Assembly (NCBI GenBank): GCA_964600295.1
Contig: CAZRIY010000001.1
Location: 91,282-155,281, forward strand
Source of the DNA: an uncultured Candidatus Saccharibacteria bacterium
GTDB lineage: Bacteria; Patescibacteriota; Saccharimonadia; CAZHVB01
Direction: 5' to 3'
Length of the DNA stretch: 64,000 nucleotides
This document shows positions 1-9,573 of the stretch, piece after piece (position 1 is the stretch's first letter; every line of letters begins with the position of its first letter). A model generated the notes under the pieces. The model did no database searches, had not been told where the DNA came from, and saw only the letters and a list, made by a program, of their open reading frames with translations. Made by a program: the position numbers and the translations under genes.

Positions 1-490
1 CGCCAAAGCGATTCCAGACCACTTGGAGGGTAACGTGGACTTTATCGGTTAGGTGACAGGCATAATCACCGGGGGTTAACAAGCCGACACCGACAAAGCC
101 AGCATTGGCACTAACGGTATACAAACCGCTGGCATCTGGAGTACCGCTGTTGGTTACCAGATCACCAGAAGCCAGTTGCCACTGCTCCGGGCTGCCTTGC
201 GAGCGCAGATGGAATTGGTCCAAATTATTACTGGTGTCGGTTTTTAGCCTGGCGCAGAAGCTTTGCCAGCTGGCAGCCTTGTTGCGCAGAGCCGTTAAAC
301 CCTCGGCTTGAGCCTGCAGTAATTGGATGGCTTGACTGCGTTCGCGGGCGCTGCGGCCAAGTTGAAAGGCCTTGCTGCCCAATGTATAGGCACTCAGCAA
401 CACCACTCCGATAATTACGGTGGCAATAATAACTTCTATCAAGGTATCCCCGCGTTGGTTTTGGAGTTTTTTGATCCTAGCTTCTCTCAT
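1..490 (-). CDS. Type IV pilin-like protein (minor pilin/pseudopilin), 3' end truncated by the window edge
   Basis: The minus-strand ORF starts with ATG at 488-490, overlapping the upstream gene's stop (ATGA). My translation begins MREARIKKLQNQRG|DTLIEVIIATVIIGVVLL: a class III signal with Gly at -1, Glu at +5 and a hydrophobic helix. It is absent from the ORF table because it runs off the window. Confidence 0.5.
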   Translation of the reverse strand, partial: MREARIKKLQNQRGDTLIEVIIATVIIGVVLLSAYTLGSKAFQLGRSARERSQAIQLLQAQAEGLTALRNKAASWQSFCARLKTDTSNNLDQFHLRSQGSPEQWQLASGDLVTNSGTPDASGLYTVSANAGFVGVGLLTPGDYACHLTDKVHVTLQVVWNRFG

Positions 491-1131
491 CAGCAAACAT
501 TATTATTGTAATCGAAACTGCGGCTGATTTCGCCAGTCGCAGCGTTGATGATTACCGCAGCGCAGAGGTTATCCGGACTTTTAAAAACCAGGTTAGTTAC
601 ACCCGCATCCGGGTCATCCGGGTTCGAACTGATCGCGTAGTCGATGGGGTTGTTGCTGACGGTATTCATCACATAAACGTTTAGTTGACCGCTGGCTGGA
701 TGACGCACAAAACTAACTACCCGATCGGCACCCGGACACGCGCAATATACCCCCCAGGGAATAGAAGCAGTCACTGGGGTCCCCTCGAGTAATATAAAGT
801 CCAATGAATCATCGGCGATACGTTTAGCAGTGAGAGTGGAAATGGTGTATACAGACAGGTTATTGTCGAATTGCACTGATTTCGCAAAAAAAATCCGCTC
901 ACCTAAAGTATCCGCTCCTCCAGTGGTACTAGTTGTATAGGCGCTATTAACCTCGGTCCGAATGCTCTCTAGACTACTAACCACCCGTTCAATAGCATCA
1001 GAAAAGCGAGTTCTGCGTTGGCTATTGCCAAAACTGCTCAGCAAGCCGATGGCCAGGGCCGATGAGATGGCCAAAACCATGATAACTTCAATTAGCGTAA
1101 ATCCCCGATTTTGGTATGTTTTCCACCTCAT
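490..1131 (-). CDS. Prepilin-type N-terminal cleavage/methylation domain protein (minor pilin)
   Basis: The N-terminus is MRWKTYQNRG|FTLIEVIMVLAISSALAIGLL, a canonical G/FTLIE prepilin motif. The gene sits in the pilus operon directly downstream of pilD. Confidence 0.7.
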   Translation of the reverse strand: MRWKTYQNRGFTLIEVIMVLAISSALAIGLLSSFGNSQRRTRFSDAIERVVSSLESIRTEVNSAYTTSTTGGADTLGERIFFAKSVQFDNNLSVYTISTLTAKRIADDSLDFILLEGTPVTASIPWGVYCACPGADRVVSFVRHPASGQLNVYVMNTVSNNPIDYAISSNPDDPDAGVTNLVFKSPDNLCAAVIINAATGEISRSFDYNNNVC

Positions 1132-1383
1132 ATCTAGGGGAAGTATATCATAAGCACTCTGCGTATTGCCCCCTGTCGCCTAGAGTCGGCTTTTTTACTT
1201 CTAAATCTATCAAAAAAACCCTTAATTATATAATTAGCGCCATAGCGCGCATAATCTATACAACTTCCTGTCTGATGGCAAAACTTCTCCTTTGGCGGGC
1301 TGAGCCTGGCGATTAAAGAGTAAACCCCGTTAGAGGCCGCCCTATCGAAGGCATGGCTACGACCGCTTTGGGAAGATCTGCTT

Positions 1384-2259
1384 CTAACGGGGTAAAAAGA
1401 GGTCGATATAGAGGTTGAATAACTGCTGACCGTGAAGCATGCCGATAATAGTGGCTGCAATCAGGAACGGCCCGAAGGGTATGACGTCCTTGCGGTTGAG
1501 CCGTTTGGCCGCAATCAGTACCAAGCTATAGGTCGCTGCGAGGTTAAAACCGACAAAAAAGGCCACCATACCTCTGTTAGTACCGAGAATCAACCCCATC
1601 AAGAGGGCCAGTTTGACATCGCCACCTCCCATCCAGCGACCGCGGCCCAACCAATGAAGAGCGAAGAAAAACAAACCGGCCAGTGTGGCTGCCAGTAGAT
1701 GGCTGCTGATAACCCCGACCGATCGGTTAATTACCGCACCGCTGATTAAACTTATGAGGGCAATCGCGAACATCGGCCACAAGATTCGATCTGGCAGGAT
1801 CATCCAGCGCAGATCATATAGCGCTAAGATTAATAACCCAGTTAAGAGTAGTAGCCAAAAGCCAAAGCTAAAATACGACCAAGCCCCGCCGAATTCCCAG
1901 AACAGATATGACCAGATAAATGAGCCGGCAGTTAGGGCTTCCACCAGAGGATATTGTTTAGAAATTGGTTTACCGCAGTAACGGCATTTGCCCCGCAGCT
2001 GCAGCCAGCTAAGCAACGGCACTAGATCCTTGACTGCAAGTTGATGCCGGCAATGGGGGCACATTGAGCGGCCAAATAGTAGACGGTAGTCAGCCTGCCT
2101 GCCGGTAGGCAAAGTAGACCGTAGTCGGCTCGTGGACGCAGGTGGTTTTTTTGTAGACTTATGTCTCCCGGCCACTGACTGCTGATGAAGTCGCCAAACC
2201 GCGGCATTGATAAAACTGCCAAAGGCCAAGCCTAAAAATCCCAGTAGAAAAATTATCAT
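1384..2259 (-). CDS. pilD: Prepilin peptidase PilD (A24 family)
   Basis: An N-terminal transmembrane helix is followed by zinc-binding CPHC...CRYC pairs and a multi-TM A24 peptidase core (e.g. GGGDVKL). Its start is coupled to the mazF stop by a 1-nt TAATG overlap. Confidence 0.88.
   Translation of the reverse strand: MIIFLLGFLGLAFGSFINAAVWRLHQQSVAGRHKSTKKPPASTSRLRSTLPTGRQADYRLLFGRSMCPHCRHQLAVKDLVPLLSWLQLRGKCRYCGKPISKQYPLVEALTAGSFIWSYLFWEFGGAWSYFSFGFWLLLLTGLLILALYDLRWMILPDRILWPMFAIALISLISGAVINRSVGVISSHLLAATLAGLFFFALHWLGRGRWMGGGDVKLALLMGLILGTNRGMVAFFVGFNLAATYSLVLIAAKRLNRKDVIPFGPFLIAATIIGMLHGQQLFNLYIDLFLPR
2092..2111. repeat. In-frame copy of the GCCTGCCTRCCGGYAGGCAGGC palindromic element, encoding PTGRQA inside the pilD cytoplasmic loop
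   Basis: The sequence AGCCTGCCTGCCGGTAGGCA is flanked by an imperfect direct repeat, AGTAGACGGTAGTCAGC / AGTAGACCGTAGTCGGC. Confidence 0.6.
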
Positions 2260-2591
2260 TAACCAGTAAACAGCTGCCGTATCGCAGCCAATATCTCCTG
2301 TTTCTTGGAGGCAGTAAGCTGGCCGATGGTGGTTTGAATAATCGAAGCCTCCACAGTAAACAGCTTATCGGGACGCGCAAAACTGCGGATTTGTAAACTT
2401 CCGTTTGAAAAATCTTTATCTGAAATGGGTATGGCAATCTTGCTTGTCAGTTTTTGAGAAGTAATTTGGCACAAACTTAGATTTTCAAATTCAGCTAAAC
2501 CAACCACTATTGCCGGGCGGTTTTTGAACCGCGAAAAATCGGCATAGGGAAAGGCCAACGATACAACGCTACCTACTGTAAATGTGCCCAC
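2259..2591 (-). CDS. mazF: Type II toxin, MazF/PemK family endoribonuclease
   Basis: The 110-aa product has the MazF-like pattern NRPAIVVG...CQITSQ...IPI. It overlaps the upstream AbrB-type antitoxin by 19 nt. Confidence 0.7.
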   Translation of the reverse strand: MGTFTVGSVVSLAFPYADFSRFKNRPAIVVGLAEFENLSLCQITSQKLTSKIAIPISDKDFSNGSLQIRSFARPDKLFTVEASIIQTTIGQLTASKKQEILAAIRQLFTG

Positions 2592-2818
2592 GCTTTATCT
2601 TCTTCCCGACGATTCCAATCATTTAGCGAGTTCAAACTCATGATGTATGTATCATTTAATTTGATCTGGTTTTTTCTGTTAGATTTAGCGGGCGTTATAC
2701 GAATTTCGCCAATACTTACTTCTAACTCCACGTCAGGACCAAGCCCACTAGTCTCCAGAAGCGGCTTAGGAATGCGTATACCTCGAGAATTACCGATAGT
2801 TACAACCTTGGTTCTCAT
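2573..2818 (-). CDS. mazE: Type II antitoxin, AbrB/MazE/SpoVT family
   Basis: The N-terminal VVTIGNSRGIRIPKPLLE swapped-hairpin motif is present, and the gene sits immediately upstream of, and overlapping, the MazF-like toxin. Confidence 0.65.
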   Translation of the reverse strand: MRTKVVTIGNSRGIRIPKPLLETSGLGPDVELEVSIGEIRITPAKSNRKNQIKLNDTYIMSLNSLNDWNRREEDKAWAHLQ

Positions 2819-3000
2819 AGTAATTACATTGTATATACATTAGCTTCAACTGGCAATTGATCTTAACTGAAGGGAATAAAGGTTAGATGTAAGAGACTCG
2901 GATGTTAAAGCTTTGCGACGATTTGTCCCTTAGCTTAGAAAAGAAATACCCCCGCGACAATCTTTCACGGAGGTAAAATCTACAAACGGTTGTCTAACTA

Positions 3001-3507
3001 CTACCGACTATCGATACAGGAACCTTGGCCGCGCTCCTGGTACGTTACAACCGCGAATTGGCGTGCGGTTCCTGGGGTCCGTGTAAATCCGGTTCCACAT
3101 ATCTGAGCCGGGAAGTAGTACATGGTGCCTGCTGTAGGCGCTGTGATTCCACTAAGCGTAGTGTTAACGTTATAGTTTGTGCCGGTGCCCGGGTCTGCCC
3201 AGGTGGCACCACCTGCCAGCATATACTGCGCACGGAAACCGGTCGCACTTGCATCGTTGTATTGGGCTGCAGTCGGGATATTACCGTTGTTATTGCTGGC
3301 AAATTGGTTAACTGCCGCCAGCGTGCGGCTGGCGTCATTCTTGCGCGCGGTATCGCGCCTCGAAGCCTGAGCAGCGCTAACGGCCACAAAGACGATAACG
3401 AAAATTAGCCCGGCAATGGCCAGGACAATCACGATTTCAATCAGGGTAAAGCCTTGATTGCCATCTTTCTTAAACAGCTTCTGGAACCATTCCTTGAGTT
3501 TTTGCAT
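3001..3507 (-). CDS. pilA: Type IV major pilin (PilA-like)
   Basis: An 18-aa leader precedes G|FTLIEIVIVLAIAGLIF. The protein is 168 aa with a Thr/Gly/Asn-rich C-terminus and two Cys, and it lies between pilC and mazE. Confidence 0.75.
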   Translation of the reverse strand: MQKLKEWFQKLFKKDGNQGFTLIEIVIVLAIAGLIFVIVFVAVSAAQASRRDTARKNDASRTLAAVNQFASNNNGNIPTAAQYNDASATGFRAQYMLAGGATWADPGTGTNYNVNTTLSGITAPTAGTMYYFPAQICGTGFTRTPGTARQFAVVTYQERGQGSCIDSR

Positions 3508-3582
3508 TTGATTCGGTCTCCTCCTAAATTCTATATTGCTTATGTTTAATAATATTAGCCTCTACCCCCAACGTCAACCCCG

Positions 3583-4827
3583 TTATTGAGGCGGCGGCGC
3601 GCCACCACCACTGGCTCCGCCGAGATCGAAGTTGATTAGGCCATAGACTGGCAGTAGGATAGCGGCCACAATGACACCGACAGTAACGCCCAAAAATACC
3701 ATCAATATCGGTTCTATAGTGGTAGACATGTTTTTGGTGGCGTTATCCAACTCCTCTTCATAAAACTGAGCGGTTTTGGACATCATAGCGTCGACAGTGC
3801 CGGACTGTTCACCGATTTTTAGCATTTGGGGTACTAGAGCCAGAAAGGTCGGCTCTACTTCCAGCGCGATCGATAGGGCCTTGCCACCCTTCACTTTGTC
3901 GGCTGCTCTTTGCATGGCTTCATCCAGATGAACATTGTTCATAGAACCCCCTACGATGCGCAGCATCTCCAGCATCGGCAGACCGCTGGCCAGTAACACG
4001 CTGCTGGTGCGGCAAAAACGAGCCATATAGAGCTTTTTGAACAGTTTGCCGAAGAGGGGCAATCGTAACTTTAGCCGATCGGCAATCCGTTTGCCGCCAA
4101 GAGTGCGGAAATAACGTATCAAGGCAATACCACCACCAATTAGGATAATCAGAATCAACCACCAAAAGCTCTTCACAAAGTTGGCCACGGCTAGCAGAAT
4201 GGCGGTCAGAAACGGTAAATCTTTGCCCAAATCCTGATAAAGCTGCGAGATTTGGGGCAGGACTGTGGTTAGCATGAATAGCAGTACCAATGTAATCACT
4301 ACCAAGACAATGACGGGGTAAATCATGGCCCCGCGGATTTTGGAAATTAGCGCGTGGTCTTTTTCCTGTTGATCGGCGATACGAGCTAGCGATTTATCCA
4401 AGCTACCCGAAGCCTCACCGGCGGCAATCAGATTAACATAGATGGTGTTGAAAACTTTGGGATGCTTACCTAAGGCATCGGCTAGCGCCGTGCCGCCTTC
4501 GATGTCGGTAATGACCTGATTAACGATCGTCAGCAGCATTTTATTATCAATTTGTTCGCGGACTGTGCGCAGGCTCTGGGCCAAGGGCAGGCCGGCGTTA
4601 ATCAGAGTGGATAACTGACGGCTGAACAGCACTAGTTGCTTGGCGCCGACCCGATTGGTAATAAAACCAAACATGGCACTACCCTTATCTTTAGGCTCTA
4701 TAGTGATTGGAAACAGATCCTGGCTAATTAAGAGCTTGGCGGCTGAGCTCTCGCTATCGGCTTGGACTTCGGCTTTAACCGTCTGACCATCAAGATTATT
4801 CTTGGCGGTGTAAACAAAGGTAATCAT
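3583..4827 (-). CDS. pilC: Type IV pilus assembly platform protein PilC (GspF family)
   Basis: The 414-aa product has two GspF-type repeats with three TM segments and the typical N-terminal MITFVYTAKN...GQTVKAEV. Confidence 0.9.
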   Translation of the reverse strand: MITFVYTAKNNLDGQTVKAEVQADSESSAAKLLISQDLFPITIEPKDKGSAMFGFITNRVGAKQLVLFSRQLSTLINAGLPLAQSLRTVREQIDNKMLLTIVNQVITDIEGGTALADALGKHPKVFNTIYVNLIAAGEASGSLDKSLARIADQQEKDHALISKIRGAMIYPVIVLVVITLVLLFMLTTVLPQISQLYQDLGKDLPFLTAILLAVANFVKSFWWLILIILIGGGIALIRYFRTLGGKRIADRLKLRLPLFGKLFKKLYMARFCRTSSVLLASGLPMLEMLRIVGGSMNNVHLDEAMQRAADKVKGGKALSIALEVEPTFLALVPQMLKIGEQSGTVDAMMSKTAQFYEEELDNATKNMSTTIEPILMVFLGVTVGVIVAAILLPVYGLINFDLGGASGGGAPPPQ

Positions 4828-4952
4828 TTGATTACCTTTTTAAGATACAAACTACAAGATACAAGTAACAAATTTCCCTTGAGCATGTGGGATGTGGGGT
4901 TTGGTGCCTGGTTGTATCCTTGTTTCTTAGTCATTGTTTCTTGCCCTTCGGG

Positions 4953-6026
4953 CTAGCCTCGCATCAGCCGTTCTAGCTCTTCTAGATCGAGCGCGTAATC
5001 TTTGGCTTCTTCGTAAGTAATAACTCCGCTATGGATGAGGGCCACCAAGGCTCGGTCCATTGATTGCATGCCTTTTTCGGCCCCGGTCTGGATTACCGCA
5101 TCCAGTTGATGAGTTTTGGCCTCGCGGATAATATTGCGCACGGCCGAGGTCACCACCAAAACTTCAGTGGCCGGTACTCGCCCGCCGCCGATCATCGGAA
5201 TCAAGCGCTGGGAGCAAACCCCCTGCAGAATAGAAGCCAATTGAACCCGGATTTGCTGCTGCTGGTGGGGCGGAAAGACATCTACCATGCGGTCGATCGA
5301 TTGGGCAGCCGAATTGGTGTGCAGAGTGGCCAGTACTAAGTGGCCAGTCTCAGCAATGGTAATGGCGGCGGCGATAGTTTCTAGATCACGCATCTCGCCA
5401 ATCAGCACTACGTCGGGGTCTTGGCGGAGGCTAGAACGCAGAGCCGAGGCAAAAGAGTAAGTGTCATAGTGGACTTCGCGCTGGACCACCATGGCTTTTT
5501 TGCTTTTATGGGTATATTCGATGGGATCCTCGATGGTAACAATATGAACGGCTTTTTGGTCATTGATCTTATCGATCATGGCGGCCAGCGTTGTGGATTT
5601 ACCGCTACCGGTAGGACCAGTCACCAGTACCAGACCGCGGGGGTACCCCGTAAAGGTTTCGATGACTTTTGGCAGCTTAAGATCTTCAAGGGTACGAATC
5701 TGGTTGGGAATTAGCCGTAGCGCCGCGGCTAGATTGCCACGTTCGTGGAAAGCGTTGACGCGGAAGCGGGCTTCATCACCAAAGGCAAAGGAAAAGTCGA
5801 ATTCTTTGTCCTTGAGCAGCATTTGTTTTTGCTCTTCGTCCAAAATTGAGAAAATTAGTTGTTCAGCAGTCTCCTCTGTTAGGGCAGGTGAATTCTCGAA
5901 CGGAATGAGCTTACCGTCGACCCGCAGGGTTGGCGGTAAACCGACTTGGAGATGAATATCCGAAGCCTTACGATTAACGACTTGTTCTAATAAAACTTCA
6001 ATCCTAGTTGGTCCGGCAGCTGCCAT
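4953..6026 (-). CDS. pilT: Twitching-motility retraction ATPase PilT
   Basis: The 357-aa product has a Walker A (GPTGSGKSTT), Asp and His boxes and a PilT-length C-terminus. Confidence 0.88.
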   Translation of the reverse strand: MAAAGPTRIEVLLEQVVNRKASDIHLQVGLPPTLRVDGKLIPFENSPALTEETAEQLIFSILDEEQKQMLLKDKEFDFSFAFGDEARFRVNAFHERGNLAAALRLIPNQIRTLEDLKLPKVIETFTGYPRGLVLVTGPTGSGKSTTLAAMIDKINDQKAVHIVTIEDPIEYTHKSKKAMVVQREVHYDTYSFASALRSSLRQDPDVVLIGEMRDLETIAAAITIAETGHLVLATLHTNSAAQSIDRMVDVFPPHQQQQIRVQLASILQGVCSQRLIPMIGGGRVPATEVLVVTSAVRNIIREAKTHQLDAVIQTGAEKGMQSMDRALVALIHSGVITYEEAKDYALDLEELERLMRG

Positions 6027-7798
6027 TACGTCCTCGCGTCCGCCGCTACCCGTTCGACTTCATCTAAGGTCGTAAAACCGGTTAGAGCCTTAAGATAACC
6101 GTCTTCTTGCATGGTTAGCATGCCTTCGGCACGGGCTTGAGCTTCCACCTGACCAGAGGTAGCATGTTGGGTTAATAGTTTTTCTAAGCTATCACTCATA
6201 TTAAAAACCTCGAAGACACCTACTCTGCCGCGGTATCCATTTGGGCATTCTTCACTGTCTTTACCCTTAAATAAAGTATAAGCGTTTTGATCGGACAAGG
6301 GCAAGTTACCGTAGCCATATTCTTTAGCCAGGCGGGGAACATCGGCCTGGTTCTTGGGCAGTAATCTACTAACTTTCTTCTTGATGGCTTGGGTTTGGGT
6401 GGGTGTGCTTTGGAGCGTTTCGTGATCTTTACAGATACGCCTAACCAGACGCTGGGCCATGATAGTATTAACGGTCGAAGCAATCAAAAAGGGTTCTATG
6501 CCCATGTCCAACAAGCGGGGCAAAACACCGGCCGCCGAATTGGTGTGCAAGGTTGAGAGTACCAAATGCCCGGTCAGGGCGGCTTGCACCGCCAAGGTGG
6601 CGGTTTCGTTATCGCGGATCTCACCGACAAGTACGATATCGGGGTCTTGGCGCAAGACCGAGCGCAAACCCGAAGCAAAGGTTAAACCCACCGGCGGATT
6701 AATCTGGATCTGGTTAACACCAGAGATTTTGCGTTCCACTGGATCCTCGAGGGTGACGATATTGATGGTTTCGTCTTTAATCATCTGCAAAATGGTATAG
6801 AGTGTGGATGATTTGCCCGAGCCGGTCGGCCCGGTGGACAGAATCATACCGTGAGGTCGTTTGGAGCCCTCTTGCACCAAGGACAGTGAATGACCGCGCA
6901 AGCCAAGGTCGGCTAGGCTCAGATCCTGATCCTCCTTACTGAGCAGCCGCATCACTACCTGCTCACCCCAGACTACTGGAGATATGGCTACCCTAATATC
7001 AATTTCCTTGCTGGCCGAGGAAATATGGAATTGGCCGTCTTGGGGAACTCGGTGTTCATCAATCTTCATTGCAGACAGAATTTTGACCCGCGATATCAGC
7101 GCCGGTTCGCTGCCTTTGGGTAAGGTCATAATTTCGCGCAACAGGCCGTCGACTCGGACTCGGATGCGAACTTCGTGCTCGGTGGGCTCGATGTGGACAT
7201 CTGAGGCACCGGCCTGGACGGCATAGTCCAAAATGGCCTTGAGCGCCCGGGTAATCGGCGAATCTTGCACCAAGTTGGCTACGGCTTGAGCACTAGTGGT
7301 ACTATCCAAGTCTTTGGGCGTTAAATCGATTCCGCTTATTACGCTGCGCATATCTCCGACATCGGGTTTATAGTGGGCCAGGATACGCTCAATACCGACC
7401 TGGGAGGCCATAAAGACCACAACCGGTCGGCCAATTTTACCGGAAATATAATCAATCGCCTGGATATTGGTAGGATCGAGCATTCCCACCGCCAGCTTGC
7501 CCTCCATATCACCCAATGGTACGGCCTTGTACTGTTGGGCCAAATCTATGGGTAGGGACTTCAAGATCTCCGGTTTGACTGAGGCCTTTTGGAGATTAAC
7601 GTAGGGCACGTTGGTGGCCCTAGCAATCAGCTTGGTTAGCTCCTCGGGATCTATCAGTTTTTTTTCGGTAACTAGGGTCAACAAGGACTTATCGGACTTG
7701 GCGGCCTCGACTTTTAGTTGCTCAAGCTGTGCCTTAGTAACGGCTTTCTTTTCAACCAACCAATCTTCGACTCGGCTCTGGCTCTCGACGGACAGCAC
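6026..7798 (-). CDS. pilB: Type IV pilus extension ATPase PilB (GspE family)
   Basis: The 590-aa product has an N-terminal GSPII_E_N-like domain, a Walker A (GPTGSGKSST) and a tetracysteine region. It uses a GTG start with a GGAGG RBS 9 nt upstream. Confidence 0.9.
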   Translation of the reverse strand: MLSVESQSRVEDWLVEKKAVTKAQLEQLKVEAAKSDKSLLTLVTEKKLIDPEELTKLIARATNVPYVNLQKASVKPEILKSLPIDLAQQYKAVPLGDMEGKLAVGMLDPTNIQAIDYISGKIGRPVVVFMASQVGIERILAHYKPDVGDMRSVISGIDLTPKDLDSTTSAQAVANLVQDSPITRALKAILDYAVQAGASDVHIEPTEHEVRIRVRVDGLLREIMTLPKGSEPALISRVKILSAMKIDEHRVPQDGQFHISSASKEIDIRVAISPVVWGEQVVMRLLSKEDQDLSLADLGLRGHSLSLVQEGSKRPHGMILSTGPTGSGKSSTLYTILQMIKDETINIVTLEDPVERKISGVNQIQINPPVGLTFASGLRSVLRQDPDIVLVGEIRDNETATLAVQAALTGHLVLSTLHTNSAAGVLPRLLDMGIEPFLIASTVNTIMAQRLVRRICKDHETLQSTPTQTQAIKKKVSRLLPKNQADVPRLAKEYGYGNLPLSDQNAYTLFKGKDSEECPNGYRGRVGVFEVFNMSDSLEKLLTQHATSGQVEAQARAEGMLTMQEDGYLKALTGFTTLDEVERVAADART

Positions 7799-7818
7799 CT
7801 AGTCCAAACCTCCAGTTT

Positions 7819-7890
<72 letters not shown>

Positions 7891-7897
7891 TTATGTC

Positions 7898-8164
7898 TTA
7901 TTCGGGGCGGAAAGGATTAGTATTGCCAAAACCCTGACTGAAATCAAAGCTCGGAGAGGAAAAACTGGCGGCTTGGAAACGGTTGTTCCGACCGAGCAGG
8001 ATCTGGCGGGCGGCATCATCAAAATTCGGGTCGATTGGCTGGACAACCTCAATGCTGGCCGTGCGGGCTTTGCCACCGCGGCCAAAACGGCTGACTAGGA
8101 AGGAGCCCAGCGCAACCAGCACAATGCCCAGCACCACTAGAGCCAAAATATCTTTAGTTTTCAT
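7898..8164 (-). CDS. Small membrane-anchored hypothetical protein in the pilus operon (position expected for PilP)
   Basis: The 88-aa product has one N-terminal TM segment (ILALVVLGIVLVALGSFLV). It overlaps the pilO-like stop by 11 nt and is therefore operonic. Confidence 0.4.
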   Translation of the reverse strand: MKTKDILALVVLGIVLVALGSFLVSRFGRGGKARTASIEVVQPIDPNFDDAARQILLGRNNRFQAASFSSPSFDFSQGFGNTNPFRPE

Positions 8165-8789
8165 TTATTTCCTCCGTTTGATCACCAATTTGGGTTAGCG
8201 GCTGCCAATAAGTAGTAAGGGTGACGGATAGGGTTAGCGATGGTTCGCTGCCGCTAAAAGTTAAGGTGTTAAGCCGGATCGGCCGCTTGGAATTCTCCAG
8301 GTTGGTCAGCAGTTGTTGCAACGAGACGTACGTACCGTTGGCGCTTAGCTGAAATACCACCTCTTGGGAGGTGGCTACGCCGCTAGCCATTGGCTGCTCG
8401 CCAGCAACAGCTACTTGAGGGGAGAGCGATTGTAGTTGGACGCCAACTAGCGTGGCGGCGGCTTCTAGTTCGGCTGTCAGCCCTGCGTAATCAGGCGAAT
8501 TCGGTAGCGCCCTAAAGATATCAAAGACCGGCGGACCATTGTCTTCCAGAAACTTAAAGTTCTCCTGAAGTTTGGGTATAGCAGCCACGTTTTCCTCCAG
8601 GGTGTTTTTGGCCGCGTTTTTGCGCGAAATCACCTTATTATTAAAGCCGATATCGCCCAGCCAAGTCTTGGACAGCACAATGCTAATAGCTACCACCAGG
8701 GTGGTCAGGCTCATCAGACCAGCAATTAATCGGTTATTAGTGAGGGTTACTTTGGGATGTAGCAAATGCATCTTCTTCAGCTTAGCCAT
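8154..8789 (-). CDS. pilO: PilO-like pilus assembly protein
   Basis: The 211-aa product has a single N-terminal TM segment followed by a coiled-coil. It sits in the pilM-pilN-pilO position, overlapping the pilN stop. Confidence 0.55.
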   Translation of the reverse strand: MAKLKKMHLLHPKVTLTNNRLIAGLMSLTTLVVAISIVLSKTWLGDIGFNNKVISRKNAAKNTLEENVAAIPKLQENFKFLEDNGPPVFDIFRALPNSPDYAGLTAELEAAATLVGVQLQSLSPQVAVAGEQPMASGVATSQEVVFQLSANGTYVSLQQLLTNLENSKRPIRLNTLTFSGSEPSLTLSVTLTTYWQPLTQIGDQTEEINEN

Positions 8790-9387
8790 TGGGTTCTCCG
8801 TCGATTAGCCTGGCATCAAAGCTGGCCTTGATGGTGAAGTTGACCTCGGAGCCAGACGGTCCACTGGCATTTTCCAGTACCACGCTGGTGAAATAGCCCC
8901 TGATTTGGGGATCATCTTCAACCCGATTGGGATCTTGCAAATCACCAGCAACTAGTAAGGCCCGATAAAGCCTGTCAACTCCGGCATAGCTGGGAGAAAC
9001 TCCGGATAGGGTTAGGCCGCCGCTGGTATCTATTTCGATGTTAGATAACCGGATCTCGGCGGGCAAAACGCTGGGCAAGAAGGCCATTAGCTCTGATACT
9101 ACTAGCCGCTGTTCATAGAGGGATGGCAAAGAGGATAAATGATCTTTAACCGTTAACATGGTGGTGATATTGGGGGTACTCTGCAGTGTGGCTTTGTGCT
9201 GATCAATCCGGTCCTGGGTGCGATTCAGCAATAAGGCTTGGCTGCCTTTGATGGCCAATAACAACACCGGAACGCCGATGGCCACAGCCATAATGATGCT
9301 AGAGATAACAATCGATAACTTGCGGGCGCGTTGGGCGCGCAGACGTACCTGTTTACTGTCTGGTAGCAAGTTTACTTGCTTAACCAT
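8782..9387 (-). CDS. pilN: PilN-like pilus assembly protein
   Basis: The product starts MVKQVNLLPD, the conserved PilN N-terminal motif, then has one TM segment. It lies downstream of pilM. Confidence 0.7.
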   Translation of the reverse strand: MVKQVNLLPDSKQVRLRAQRARKLSIVISSIIMAVAIGVPVLLLAIKGSQALLLNRTQDRIDQHKATLQSTPNITTMLTVKDHLSSLPSLYEQRLVVSELMAFLPSVLPAEIRLSNIEIDTSGGLTLSGVSPSYAGVDRLYRALLVAGDLQDPNRVEDDPQIRGYFTSVVLENASGPSGSEVNFTIKASFDARLIDGEPNG

Positions 9388-9573
9388 GTATCACCTCCCT
9401 GCGGTCGGTGCAATTTCTAATTTCTAAATGGTTCGGCAGGCTCTCCATCCTGAGCACAGGCGAAGGACAAGCACCAATTCCCAATAAACCAACCCCTAAA
9501 CAGTTTGAAATTTGGGATTTTATAAATTGGGATTTGTTTAGGATTTCGGATTTAGACATTAGAGTTTCCTTCA

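Noticed and set aside
105-511. Plus-strand ORFs 105-311 and 323-511
   Set aside because: They are antisense to a minus-strand pilin gene that has a clear prepilin signal, and they have no motifs of their own.
3025-3408. ORFs 3025-3408 (+), 3045-3389 (-) and 3179-3370 (+) inside the pilA locus
   Set aside because: They are alternative frames or antisense to the 168-aa pilin ORF, which has the canonical G|FTLIE motif. They are repetitive Gly/Ala/Arg-rich shadows.
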